The translations under genes and the position numbers were made by a program. 64,000 nucleotides of DNA from Candidatus Poseidoniales archaeon (GTDB taxonomy: Archaea; Thermoplasmatota; Poseidoniia; Poseidoniales; Thalassarchaeaceae), in assembly GCA_012959435.1 (NCBI GenBank), contig DUDF01000068.1, positions 34,468-98,467 of the forward strand, given 5' to 3'. Positions 18,759 through 27,258 of this stretch are shown in pieces. Position 1 is the stretch's first letter. Every line of letters begins with the position of its first letter. The notes below the pieces were generated by a model. That model did no database searches, was not told where the DNA came from, and was given only the letters and a program-made list of their open reading frames with translations.

Positions 18759-19010
18759 TCAGTGAAAATCAACTGGGATTCGGGTCTTTAATTCACCTAA
18801 TTCTTTCCCAGATAGAGTTGATTCCCCGTCTTGTTTGAGGTTATTTACTAGTAACCATAGAATTGTGTTCCAGGTTTTCTTTGTGGCATGAAGTTCAATG
18901 GTGTTGCAAGCGGCTAGTTTGAGTAATTTATTCTCATCACTACCTTTGGCAAAGAGTCCTTTCACCAAAGTGTTCGAACTAATCCAGTATGCGGGGGCTT
19001 GTCCTTTCAT
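18759..19010 (-). CDS. Hypothetical 83-aa protein, tightly coupled to the upstream RHH gene
   Basis: The ORF starts 5 nt after the RHH gene stop. I recognise no motif in it (not RelE/ParE/PIN-like by eye). Confidence 0.45.
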   Translation of the reverse strand: MKGQAPAYWISSNTLVKGLFAKGSDENKLLKLAACNTIELHATKKTWNTILWLLVNNLKQDGESTLSGKELGELKTRIPVDFH

Positions 19011-19015
19011 TTATT

Positions 19016-19258
19016 TCACTCCTGAAAAGGTGAAAGTTCAAGTTTGGCAATCAATCCATTTACATCAATGTCATTTATTGACTCAAGTGCTTGTTGAAGC
19101 GCATCACTATCCCTGCTTATTTGATTGAGTCTGTACTCCTTTAGCAATTGTTGTAATAAGTCATCCACACTCTTGTAATTTCCCAATGCTCGCATTGAAT
19201 TTAATTGCCTTCGTACCTCAAAACTTACGCTTATCGATGTCATATCTGGTGAGCCCAT
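19016..19258 (-). CDS. Ribbon-helix-helix (RHH) DNA-binding protein, 80 aa
   Basis: The N-terminus MTSISVSFEVRRQLNSMRALGNYKSVDDLLQQLLKEY fits a beta-strand/helix/helix RHH pattern. The gene lies downstream of ParA. Alternative start at Met6 (19243). Confidence 0.55.
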   Translation of the reverse strand: MGSPDMTSISVSFEVRRQLNSMRALGNYKSVDDLLQQLLKEYRLNQISRDSDALQQALESINDIDVNGLIAKLELSPFQE

Positions 19259-19372
19259 TTTATCACTTATTCACCGTGAATCAAGGCATCTATAGAAGGA
19301 TGACGGTTGAAAAAAGGAATAAAGATGCAATTTGACCTATAAGTGCCCCAAAGCAAATCCACATGCCAAGCA

Positions 19373-20353
19373 TCATTCAATTTGTTGTAAGCGGTGTAAT
19401 TTGAGCCGACTAGTCTCATTTACTCCGTATTTATAACGTAACTTTTTCACACGGTCAGAGACTTCTTTGGCCAGCGACCAATATGCTTGTGAGCCTTTGT
19501 TTCTTTTAGTTGGCTTCTTCAAAATAACAACAGGAGCGCCTTCTAACGGTGCTTCTGCAATTGAGATAATTCTAGGAATCATTGTTCCAAAAACTTGCTT
19601 GTCAAAGTGCCGTCTAACTTCGGATGAAACTGTATTGCAAAGCCTTGTTTTTTGGTACATTGTTAATGCAATTCCAAATAACTTCAGATGGGGGTTAATT
19701 CTACGCTGAATCAATTTGATTGAATTCATCAATTGGCTCATACCTTCAAGAGCGTAATATTCGGTTTGCACAGGGATCAACACCCAATTAGCTGCAGCAA
19801 GGGCATTGATAGTTAGTAAGCCAAGACTCGGTGGTGTGTCGATAATGATGTAATCAAACTCATGAATTGCAGTGGCAAGCCCCTCTTTCAACCGTGTTTC
19901 TCTGCCGATGCGAGTTGCTAACTCAATTTCAGCACCTGAGAGTTGGATATTAGATGGAAGTAACCACAGATTTTCAACTTTAATGTAATTAGGAACTTTC
20001 TTCTCTTTCTTCGCTCCATCTTTATCATAACGGTGCTGGTTTTTCCACGCTTCGCGCATTGAATCAGTAAGTATTTCTGGAGAAATTAGATATTCATCCA
20101 AAATAGGTAGTTCTTCTCCCAAATCATTCATTAAAAGGTCGTATACAGTTCTACCAAGTTTACTCTTATCAACACCAAAGGAGGTAGAGGCATTACCTTG
20201 CGGATCAAGGTCAACAAGTAGCACTTTAGCAGGTTCTATGCCCCTAGAAAGGTTACCTTCAGCCAAGGATGTGGCGAGGTTTACCGCAGTGGTGGTTTTG
20301 GCACAACCACCTTTTTGGTTGGTGCAGGCAATGATCATTTTGTACGGGTCCAT
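19373..20353 (-). CDS. ParA/Soj-family partition ATPase (SegA-like)
   Basis: It has the deviant Walker A NQKGGCAKTTTAVNLA, DLDPQGN and IIIDTPPSLG. I prefer the start at ATG 20353 (MDPYKMIIA...), which is preceded by GAGGAGGGG. The ORF track start at 20446 adds 31 atypical residues. Confidence 0.9.
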   Translation of the reverse strand: MDPYKMIIACTNQKGGCAKTTTAVNLATSLAEGNLSRGIEPAKVLLVDLDPQGNASTSFGVDKSKLGRTVYDLLMNDLGEELPILDEYLISPEILTDSMREAWKNQHRYDKDGAKKEKKVPNYIKVENLWLLPSNIQLSGAEIELATRIGRETRLKEGLATAIHEFDYIIIDTPPSLGLLTINALAAANWVLIPVQTEYYALEGMSQLMNSIKLIQRRINPHLKLFGIALTMYQKTRLCNTVSSEVRRHFDKQVFGTMIPRIISIAEAPLEGAPVVILKKPTKRNKGSQAYWSLAKEVSDRVKKLRYKYGVNETSRLKLHRLQQIE

Positions 20354-20452
20354 CTCTCTCTCCCCTCCTCGTGTGGTACGGGCTCTGCTTTGAACCTTAA
20401 TCATAATCGCGATTGATTGTGCATATAACTTGCAAATAAACTGCAAACTGAA

Positions 20453-21451
20453 TCAAGCAGTTTGGATGACTGGAACAGGCACTTCAGAGAGAATTTTCCG
20501 TGTGATGTGCATGCCAGTAATTCCCCGAATCTTTGCTTCTGGCTTGAGCATAATTCTGTGGCTGATGATTTGTAGTGCGACACCCTTAATGTCATCTGGA
20601 ATCACATAATCACGACCATCAACTGCTGCTGATGCGCGGCCGGTCTTGAAGAGCGACTGGCTAGCACGAGGGGATGCGCCGGTGATTACTCTGTGGTCTT
20701 CACGAGTTCTCTGGACAACTTCAACGATGTAGGATAGAATTGCAGGGTCGATGTGAACAGTCTCCAAAGCCTTCTGCATTGCTACTACTTTCTTTGGGGA
20801 GGTGATTTGCTGGACATCGTGGTCATCCTTTCCTCGCAACTTTCTGCGGGCTAAAATCGCCTTTTCCTCAGAGCGGTCAGGGTAACCCATTGACATCTTC
20901 ATCAAGAATCGGTCCATTTGTGCTTCTGGAAGTGGGTAGGTACCTTCTTGCTCAATTGGGTTTTGAGTAGCTAATACGACAAACGGTGCTGGTAATTTGT
21001 GGGTAATTCCTTCAATTGTAACCTGCTTTTCTTCCATAGCCTCAAGCAAAGCAGCTTGAGTCTTTGGTGGCGCACGGTTAATCTCGTCAGCTAGTAGAAT
21101 GTTTGAGAACAGGGGTCCTGGTCGGAGTTTGAATTCCCCAGCCTTTTGGTCGTACATGTATGTCCCCATAATATCTGAAGGTAGCAAGTCAGGGGTGAAC
21201 TGAACACGCTTGAATTTACATCCAAGTGCTCTTGCAAATGTATTTGCAAGTAGTGTCTTTGCTAGTCCAGGGAAATCCTCAAGCAACATGTTTCCGTTCG
21301 ATAGAATACCGATAGTAACCTTTCGCAGATTCTCCTGCTTTCCTATGATGACTTTTGATACTTCATTCATCAATCCATTTGAAATTGCGCTTACAGTCGC
21401 AATCAAATCTCGTGTCCGACCATCTCCCCCCATAGTTGTCTGCATCGTCAA
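20453..21451 (-). CDS. MoxR-family AAA+ ATPase
   Basis: It has Walker A FPGLAKT, Walker B LLADEINRAPPKTQAALLEAMEE and MoxR-like length and architecture. Confidence 0.92.
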   Translation of the reverse strand: MTMQTTMGGDGRTRDLIATVSAISNGLMNEVSKVIIGKQENLRKVTIGILSNGNMLLEDFPGLAKTLLANTFARALGCKFKRVQFTPDLLPSDIMGTYMYDQKAGEFKLRPGPLFSNILLADEINRAPPKTQAALLEAMEEKQVTIEGITHKLPAPFVVLATQNPIEQEGTYPLPEAQMDRFLMKMSMGYPDRSEEKAILARRKLRGKDDHDVQQITSPKKVVAMQKALETVHIDPAILSYIVEVVQRTREDHRVITGASPRASQSLFKTGRASAAVDGRDYVIPDDIKGVALQIISHRIMLKPEAKIRGITGMHITRKILSEVPVPVIQTA

Positions 21452-21529
21452 CCTACCTCTCTACAATAACTGACCCGCCCAATTCGTACTAAAGGGTTGG
21501 GGGTTGAAACATCAACCACAATTCACTGC

Positions 21530-23335
21530 TTACCGACCCCAAAAGTGGTCATCTTTGCGATGGATGGCTATTATTTCGGCAAGTATTTCCTCTTCAATAC
21601 TTGATATGTTCAATTTCCGTAATTTCCGAATATGTGATTCCGGTACGTCAACTAGTAGCACATCTTCTTCATCAACACCACGACCAATTGTAATTCCCTG
21701 AATAGCGACTGCCAATTCATCTCCCTGCTTCGCTTCACTCAATACATGGTCGCCATCGCGGATAGATTTTACCCTACCTGCTTTTTCTCCATCAACTGTC
21801 AAAAGGCGTTGTCCAACATGGATTCTACCCGCCAATACTCTCACTCCTACGACAGCGGGTCCAGAACGTCGGAAGACATGATCTTCCATGATTAATATTC
21901 GGCCAGGGTGAATGACGTTCTCACGTCCTTCTTCTTCCAATCTTTTCTTGGTCAATTCAATCCATTCATCATACTCTTCAAGAATGTGATATATGATGTC
22001 TGAGCCAATATGTAACACATCACAATCATCACTGCTGAGTTCAGACTGTGCTTCTGCTAATATGCCCGAGCTAAAGGTAAGAAGAACTCTCTCGTATGGG
22101 TCGGCAGAAATAGCAGCACTTCTGATATCTTTACGATTGATTGGTCCAATAGTAGCAGAGCGGATATTTATGTTTCGAGGATTACCACTGACATCTTTCA
22201 TACCTCTTATTTCGAATGCTAAGGCTTCCAGTCCCCCTAGGGTGTCAGCCTTGATAGCGATTCCTTCTTCATCTAATTCGATTGAAATTTCGCACTCCTC
22301 TGTAATCTGGTCAATAATTTGCTGACGTGATTTATCATCCGGAATAACTCGGAGTGTTGTTCCTGCGAGAATAGATTCAATATCAGGCGCACTCAATTTT
22401 AGGCCAGCAGCGGCTGATACTGTATCTACTGAATCCCACCGGTCTCCTGCATCTCTCATTTCAGACATTCCACGAGGTGAAAACATCCCTTTGATTTTAG
22501 TCACCAACGGACCCGTTGGTGTAGCTACAGCAATTTCATCTCCTTTATTCATCGTCCCCCTGTGAAGAATGATATCTAGGGTTTTACCGAGTCCTCTCTC
22601 CTCTTTCATTTCAAGAACAGTTGCTTCTGCGCTTCCTTCAACATCTTCTAATTGTTCAGCCAAGAATTTTTCAGCCAACCCAATAGTTACTGCTAGTAGG
22701 TCTTGAATCCCCTCTCCTTCTTTTGCTGAACAAGGGACTAGTGCAATGTTTTTTGTAAAATCTGTAATATGGTCATAACGCTCAAGGTTGAATTCATGCT
22801 CACCAAATTGGCCAACTAACTGCCAGTATTTCTGGTCAAAAAGCGCTAGTACATCTTTACTCTGTTCTCGCAAAGAAACTGCCATTGCTCTACCATACTC
22901 GGATTGCCAACCATGGACTCGATCAACTTTATTGCAAGCAACCACAAATGGTGTTTTAGCCTGTCTCAATATTCGCATTGATTCTAGGGTCTGTGGTTTG
23001 CAACCATCAACTAGGTCAATTACCAAAATGGCGATGTCAGCGAGTGACCCACCCCGAGTTCGAAGGGTAGAGAAAGAGTGGTGCCCAGGTGTATCAATAA
23101 ATAGAAGGCCCGGGGAGTTGAAATTTTTTCCACCCATTAGTGGTGCACAGAGGTCGTTAAGAACCTCAGAAGGAACTTCGGTTGCTCCAATATGTTGTGT
23201 AATTCCACCGGCTTCCCTAGCCATTACGGAGGATTGCCTGTCACTTCCTAGTGAACGAATGTGGTCAAGTAGGCTAGTTTTACCGTGGTCAACATGGCCG
23301 AGGACTGCAACAATGGGCTGTCTCCTCTCTTTCAT
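21530..23335 (-). CDS. infB: Translation initiation factor aIF5B (archaeal IF-2)
   Basis: It has GHVDHGKTSLLD, DTPGH and NKVD. I prefer the start at ATG 23335 (MKERRQPIVAVLGH...), which avoids a 40-nt overlap with ndk. Confidence 0.93.
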   Translation of the reverse strand: MKERRQPIVAVLGHVDHGKTSLLDHIRSLGSDRQSSVMAREAGGITQHIGATEVPSEVLNDLCAPLMGGKNFNSPGLLFIDTPGHHSFSTLRTRGGSLADIAILVIDLVDGCKPQTLESMRILRQAKTPFVVACNKVDRVHGWQSEYGRAMAVSLREQSKDVLALFDQKYWQLVGQFGEHEFNLERYDHITDFTKNIALVPCSAKEGEGIQDLLAVTIGLAEKFLAEQLEDVEGSAEATVLEMKEERGLGKTLDIILHRGTMNKGDEIAVATPTGPLVTKIKGMFSPRGMSEMRDAGDRWDSVDTVSAAAGLKLSAPDIESILAGTTLRVIPDDKSRQQIIDQITEECEISIELDEEGIAIKADTLGGLEALAFEIRGMKDVSGNPRNINIRSATIGPINRKDIRSAAISADPYERVLLTFSSGILAEAQSELSSDDCDVLHIGSDIIYHILEEYDEWIELTKKRLEEEGRENVIHPGRILIMEDHVFRRSGPAVVGVRVLAGRIHVGQRLLTVDGEKAGRVKSIRDGDHVLSEAKQGDELAVAIQGITIGRGVDEEDVLLVDVPESHIRKLRKLNISSIEEEILAEIIAIHRKDDHFWGR

Positions 23336-23364
23336 CCATGTCACCTGCCCCTGTAATCTAAATT

Positions 23365-23823
23365 TTATTCTTCGTAGACCCAATCTTCTGCTGAGCGGGT
23401 CCAATCTACTAATCCTTCAGGGAACCAAAGTCCCAGTTCGAATTCTGCTGTCTCTTCAGCATCGCTACCGTGTATTATGTTATGTCCGATATCCATTGCC
23501 CAATCGCCACGAATTGTACCAGGGGCAGCATCACGCCCATTTGTTGGTCCGATAATGTTGCGAGCCACCTTGATTGCATCCACGCCACACCACGCCATTG
23601 CTACAACAGGCCCAGATGTGATGAACTTGAGTAGTCCCGGGTAGAAAGGTCGTTCAGAGTGAACAGCGTAGTGACTAGATGCTAATTCGTGGGATGGTGT
23701 CAACTGCTTCAAACCCACCAAACGGAGGCCTTTATCTTCAAAACGGCCAATAATCTTGCCAACCAATCCTCGCTGAACCCCGTCGGGTTTGACCATCACA
23801 AATGTCGTCTGCATAGTACTCAC
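23365..23823 (-). CDS. ndk: Nucleoside diphosphate kinase
   Basis: [15 protein letters not shown] and NIIHGSD (active-site His) are present. Length is 152 aa. Confidence 0.95.
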   Translation of the reverse strand: MSTMQTTFVMVKPDGVQRGLVGKIIGRFEDKGLRLVGLKQLTPSHELASSHYAVHSERPFYPGLLKFITSGPVVAMAWCGVDAIKVARNIIGPTNGRDAAPGTIRGDWAMDIGHNIIHGSDAEETAEFELGLWFPEGLVDWTRSAEDWVYEE

Positions 23824-23881
23824 TGAAGCGGCCGTGACGCCACTCCTGTTTAAGCAAAACGCTTGAATGAAACAAGTAATT

Positions 23882-24073
23882 TTACTGGAAGCCGCCTTTT
23901 ACATAGTGGCGGGTCCACTTTACTTTGCGGGAATTTCGCTTCAAATTCACCATGTTCTTGCGGGCTTTACTGCTCTTGAACCACAGTACGGTGCCGTCCT
24001 TACGAACGTACATCTGTCCAGTACCAGGTTCAATTTCTTCGCCACTGAATGTGCAAACACGTCTCTCAGGCAT
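23882..24073 (-). CDS. rpl24e: 50S ribosomal protein L24e
   Basis: The [13 protein letters not shown] zinc-ribbon-like motif is present. The start at MPERRV (24073) abuts the S28e stop. Confidence 0.9.
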   Translation of the reverse strand: MPERRVCTFSGEEIEPGTGQMYVRKDGTVLWFKSSKARKNMVNLKRNSRKVKWTRHYVKGGFQ

Positions 24074-24074
24074 T

Positions 24075-24299
24075 TCATCGACCTCCGAGTTTACGTGCTT
24101 CACGACCAGTATCTCTGAGCATCAAAACATCTCCAACACGTATAGGGCCTAACACATTTCGAGTAATAATTCTACCAACGTCCCGTGGGTTTGGGGCATC
24201 ATTTACACGAACTTTGACTTGGGTAGCCTCACCGGTCATACCTGTTCGTCCTACAATCTCGACGACTTCTGCGGGCCAACCGTCTGTCATCCGGTTCAC
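24075..24299 (-). CDS. rps28e: 30S ribosomal protein S28e
   Basis: [24 protein letters not shown] and [17 protein letters not shown] are typical of eS28. Confidence 0.92.
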   Translation of the reverse strand: MNRMTDGWPAEVVEIVGRTGMTGEATQVKVRVNDAPNPRDVGRIITRNVLGPIRVGDVLMLRDTGREARKLGGR

Positions 24300-24300
24300 C

Positions 24301-24681
24301 TCAGTTTCCTGCTAATTCATTAGCAGATGCAACTACGTTTTTGAATTCGTCTGCTGCTCCTTCCATCTCAATAACTGCAATTGCAGATGTTGGGCGACCA
24401 ACTGGAAGTCCAGCAGCCTCTCCAAGGTAACTTTGGTCATTGACATAGATGTAAGGAATTCCACGTTCTTTGCAGATCATTGGAATTGGCATCATCATTT
24501 CTCCAGGGTTGACATTTTCTGCCATAATCACAAGCTTAGCATCGCCTCTCTCGCAGACTTTGATGACCTCGTTCATCCCCTTCTTGAAGTGGCTTCCACC
24601 TTCCTTCTCAATCTTCTTCACAAACTCGTAAACCATGTCCTGCACATCGGCAGGTGTTTCAAAATCAATATGTACGCTCAT
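24301..24681 (-). CDS. rpl7ae: 50S ribosomal protein L7Ae (kink-turn RNA-binding)
   Basis: [26 protein letters not shown] is present. I prefer the start at [10 protein letters not shown] (24681). The longer ORF up to 24777 overlaps the end of prs. Confidence 0.92.
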   Translation of the reverse strand: MSVHIDFETPADVQDMVYEFVKKIEKEGGSHFKKGMNEVIKVCERGDAKLVIMAENVNPGEMMMPIPMICKERGIPYIYVNDQSYLGEAAGLPVGRPTSAIAVIEMEGAADEFKNVVASANELAGN

Positions 24682-24773
24682 TGGATTAATCCTCCTGTAG
24701 TAGGTGTTCCGCCGAGGGCGTGGTCTGTATAAACGCACCGGATGGTGCAGTGAATCAAGAATCGTGGTACTGC

Positions 24774-25598
24774 TCACAAATTCAATCGCTCTCGCAACTG
24801 CTCAACACCCCTTGCCAAAGCAGCAGCCGATGAGACAAGAGCGCGCGGATTACTAGCAATAGAATCAGTTGCATGAACACCACTAACGTGGTCATCTAGT
24901 CGAGTGATAGCCCCGCCAGTAAACAAGCCGTGAGTGCATGCAGCATGTACTTCCTTCGCTCCTTGGGATAATAGTGCATCACTAGCTTTGCATATTGTCC
25001 CACCAGTACTAATCATGTCATCAACAATCGCTACAATAGCACCATCAACATCCAAGTCCTTTGGCTTGTGTTGAATAGTGTGTGCATCAATTCTTGTTTT
25101 CTCAAGATATGAGAATTTACAGCCTATTAGATTTGCAACATGGGTCGCCCTTTCAATCGCTCCTTTATCGGGGCTCAGGATAAAGTCTGGATTAACATTG
25201 ATTTTCAGGTGTTCAGCAATTTCTGGCATTGCCGAAACAAACTCAACGGGAGTATCAAGGTCATCTAATACTGATGGGGCGTGTAAATCTAAGACAATTA
25301 ATCCATCAATATGTCGCGCTAATAACCGTACGATTAGAGATGCAGAGATAACTTCCCCTTGCTGAAACCGTTTATCCTGCCTACTGTATCCAAAGTAAGG
25401 GACTGCGAGAAAGATTCCAGGTCCAACATCTTCAAGATTTTCAGGGCCATCCCCCATCAGATTATGCAGATTGCCCGATCTCACATCGTGAATCGCTTCA
25501 AGCATCAGTAATGCTTCAACAATGCCATCATCGGGAAAAGTAGTCGCTACAACAACTACTGGTTCAGAACGTACTGCATCGATACTTTTAGTTGGCAC
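24774..25598 (-). CDS. prs: Ribose-phosphate pyrophosphokinase (PRPP synthetase); the N-terminal roughly 43 codons lie upstream of the first canonical start (see findings)
   Basis: PYFGYSRQDKR, VLDLHAP and the PRPP loop VDDMISTGGT are present. The in-frame upstream sequence 25599-25727 encodes GERLPVVSGSIDGALASALAERLGWEHHELVARRFPDSEAYVR, which is the normal Prs N-terminus, but it contains no ATG, GTG or TTG. Confidence 0.9.
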   Translation of the reverse strand: MPTKSIDAVRSEPVVVVATTFPDDGIVEALLMLEAIHDVRSGNLHNLMGDGPENLEDVGPGIFLAVPYFGYSRQDKRFQQGEVISASLIVRLLARHIDGLIVLDLHAPSVLDDLDTPVEFVSAMPEIAEHLKINVNPDFILSPDKGAIERATHVANLIGCKFSYLEKTRIDAHTIQHKPKDLDVDGAIVAIVDDMISTGGTICKASDALLSQGAKEVHAACTHGLFTGGAITRLDDHVSGVHATDSIASNPRALVSSAAALARGVEQLRERLNL

Positions 25599-25905
25599 AC
25601 GTACATATGCTTCTGAGTCTGGGAACCGCCTAGCAACTAATTCATGATGTTCCCAACCTAACCGTTCTGCTAATGCAGATGCAAGGGCTCCATCAATACT
25701 TCCTGAGACTACTGGCAGGCGCTCCCCTCAAACTCTCCGACTAGTGGGCCCTTCATGTCATTTGTGTGTACTATGGTTCTAGTAAATGTGAGTAAGTTGG
25801 GTGAAGGCGGGCCAATCCAGTGAAATATGTGGCAACAATATTTATTCAAATCATGTTTATTTTCAAAAAATATGCAAAAACCACACTACATGGGAAAAAG
25901 GGGAG

Positions 25906-25980
25906 TGGGCGAGGCAGGATTTGAACCTGCGACCTCCCGGTTATCAGCCGGGTGCTCCAACCAACCTAAGCTACCCGCCC
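25906..25980 (-). tRNA. tRNA-Ile (anticodon GAU)
   Basis: The reverse complement is GGGCGGGTAGCTTAGGTTGGTTGGAGCACCCGGCTGATAACCGGGAGGTCGCAGGTTCAAATCCTGCCTCGCCCA. It has a 7-bp acceptor stem with one G-U, anticodon loop CTGATAA and a T-loop TTCAAAT. No CCA is encoded. Confidence 0.88.
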
Positions 25981-26033
25981 AAGGGTGAGCCGCGCCACCG
26001 AGGGGTTGAATTAAACGGTTCCGATTAGGAACA

Positions 26034-26645
26034 TCATTCTTCTTCTTCAAAGTCTTCTTCGTTAATTTCTCCCGAATTCAACTTTAGGTATGATGGCAGT
26101 CCCATCAATTTGTCAAATGTTCGTGAAAGAATTATCTCATCTAAACGAGGGCTAGTACGTGCCAAGAATTGAACTGGTATGTTGATCACACCATTTTCTA
26201 ATTTGTATCTTCGCCTTAGGTTTCCACGTGCCTTTACCTTTACTCCGCGGTATGTCCGCTTAATTTTCACAAGGCCAATGACTACCCCGAGGTCTTCACC
26301 CTGGGTGTCAAGAACTGCACGGTCAAGTAATTCATCCGGCGCGTATAATTTCTCATTGATTCGGACGGTGTTGCGCCATCTGCGTTGTAATTCTCTCATA
26401 GATTTAGTTAGTTTGATACTCCCATCGGATTGAATACTATGGAGTAGTTCTTTTGAAAGTGGAGCAAACTCAGCTGGCTTGCGCATAAATTCATCTGCAA
26501 CTCCTGGTTCAACTTGTAATCTGAAAGATTGTACTCTTTCTTCATTAGGGTGATATCTTTCCCCCACTATTACTCCAACGCGCGTTTGCTTAACATAAAC
26601 TTCTCGTTGTAACAATTCTTGTATCCTAAATGATTCATCTGTCAT
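26034..26645 (-). CDS. Hypothetical protein with PRC-barrel-like segments and an acidic C-terminus
   Basis: VLDTQGEDLGVVIGLVKIKRTYRGVKVKA and VGVIVGERYH resemble PRC-barrel strands. The protein ends EEDFEEEE. I prefer the start at ATG 26645, with GAGAGGG 7 nt upstream. The ORF track start is 26672. Confidence 0.5.
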   Translation of the reverse strand: MTDESFRIQELLQREVYVKQTRVGVIVGERYHPNEERVQSFRLQVEPGVADEFMRKPAEFAPLSKELLHSIQSDGSIKLTKSMRELQRRWRNTVRINEKLYAPDELLDRAVLDTQGEDLGVVIGLVKIKRTYRGVKVKARGNLRRRYKLENGVINIPVQFLARTSPRLDEIILSRTFDKLMGLPSYLKLNSGEINEEDFEEEE

Positions 26646-26672
26646 ATTTTTTCCCTCTCTATTACCGTGCAT

Positions 26673-27258
26673 CCCATGTCTCGGTTAAATTCCTACGCTC
26701 GGAGTCAGTATATTAACTATATGCCGGATTTTTAATTGGAAATGCAATTGAAAAAGACGGATAATCATTAATTAACCAATTGACAGTTATAATTTTGAAC
26801 AAATGACAACTATAATCAAAATTCAATTGAAACTAATGAGGTATAGGGTTTAATTTATCAATATGGTTAACAGTTTATTAGGGATTATCCGAATATAATT
26901 TTCAATTGGAAAGACGGATAATATTGGATTTTTAATTTTTTGCCCGGCTTGTTAGTTTGGATCCATAATAATCCAGAAGTTAGTGTTGTTATCTAATATG
27001 AAATTAGAAAACTTCACTGCTTTTTCGCATTTATTTTGAACACCGATATATTCGAAGAGAATCTGATATTCGAATGGATAATAAGTATTAACAAATATCC
27101 AATTGAAAAAATGAAAACCCAATTAGTAAATTACGTTATTTAAACAAGAATTTAGCTAATTTTTAAAAATATTTCATGTGATAATACATAGTTTTTGAAA
27201 TAAAACTACAAGTGTATACACAGCATAAATTGATGAGCGTATTCCTCCTCCCAATGAC
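26673..27258. promoter_or_regulatory. 586-bp AT-rich divergent intergenic region with dispersed direct and inverted repeats (CAATTG-core motif in 5 exact and 1 variant copies); divergent promoters and/or candidate origin-like element
   Basis: - This is the longest non-coding stretch in the window.
- CAATTG-core sites lie at 26733-43 (variant TAATTG), 26744-55, 26776-85, 26821-33, 26901-13 and 27098-110.
- aagacggataat occurs at 26754-65 and 26911-22.
- ggatttttaatt occurs at 26726-37 and 26926-37.
- An inverted repeat attatccg/cggataat lies at 26884-91 and 26915-22. Confidence 0.5.

Noticed and set aside
22788-23555. 255-aa plus-strand ORF spanning the aIF5B/ndk junction
   Set aside because: It is antisense to two well-supported genes and is a typical shadow ORF.
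25801-26028. 75-aa plus-strand ORF
   Set aside because: It overlaps the minus-strand tRNA-Ile gene and its promoter region, so it is spurious.
26673-27258. AT-rich repeat region considered as a degraded mobile element, MITE or CRISPR leader
   Set aside because: It has no terminal inverted repeats bounding the region, no target-site duplication, no transposase or cas genes, and no regular repeat-spacer periodicity. It is kept only as a regulatory or origin-like candidate.
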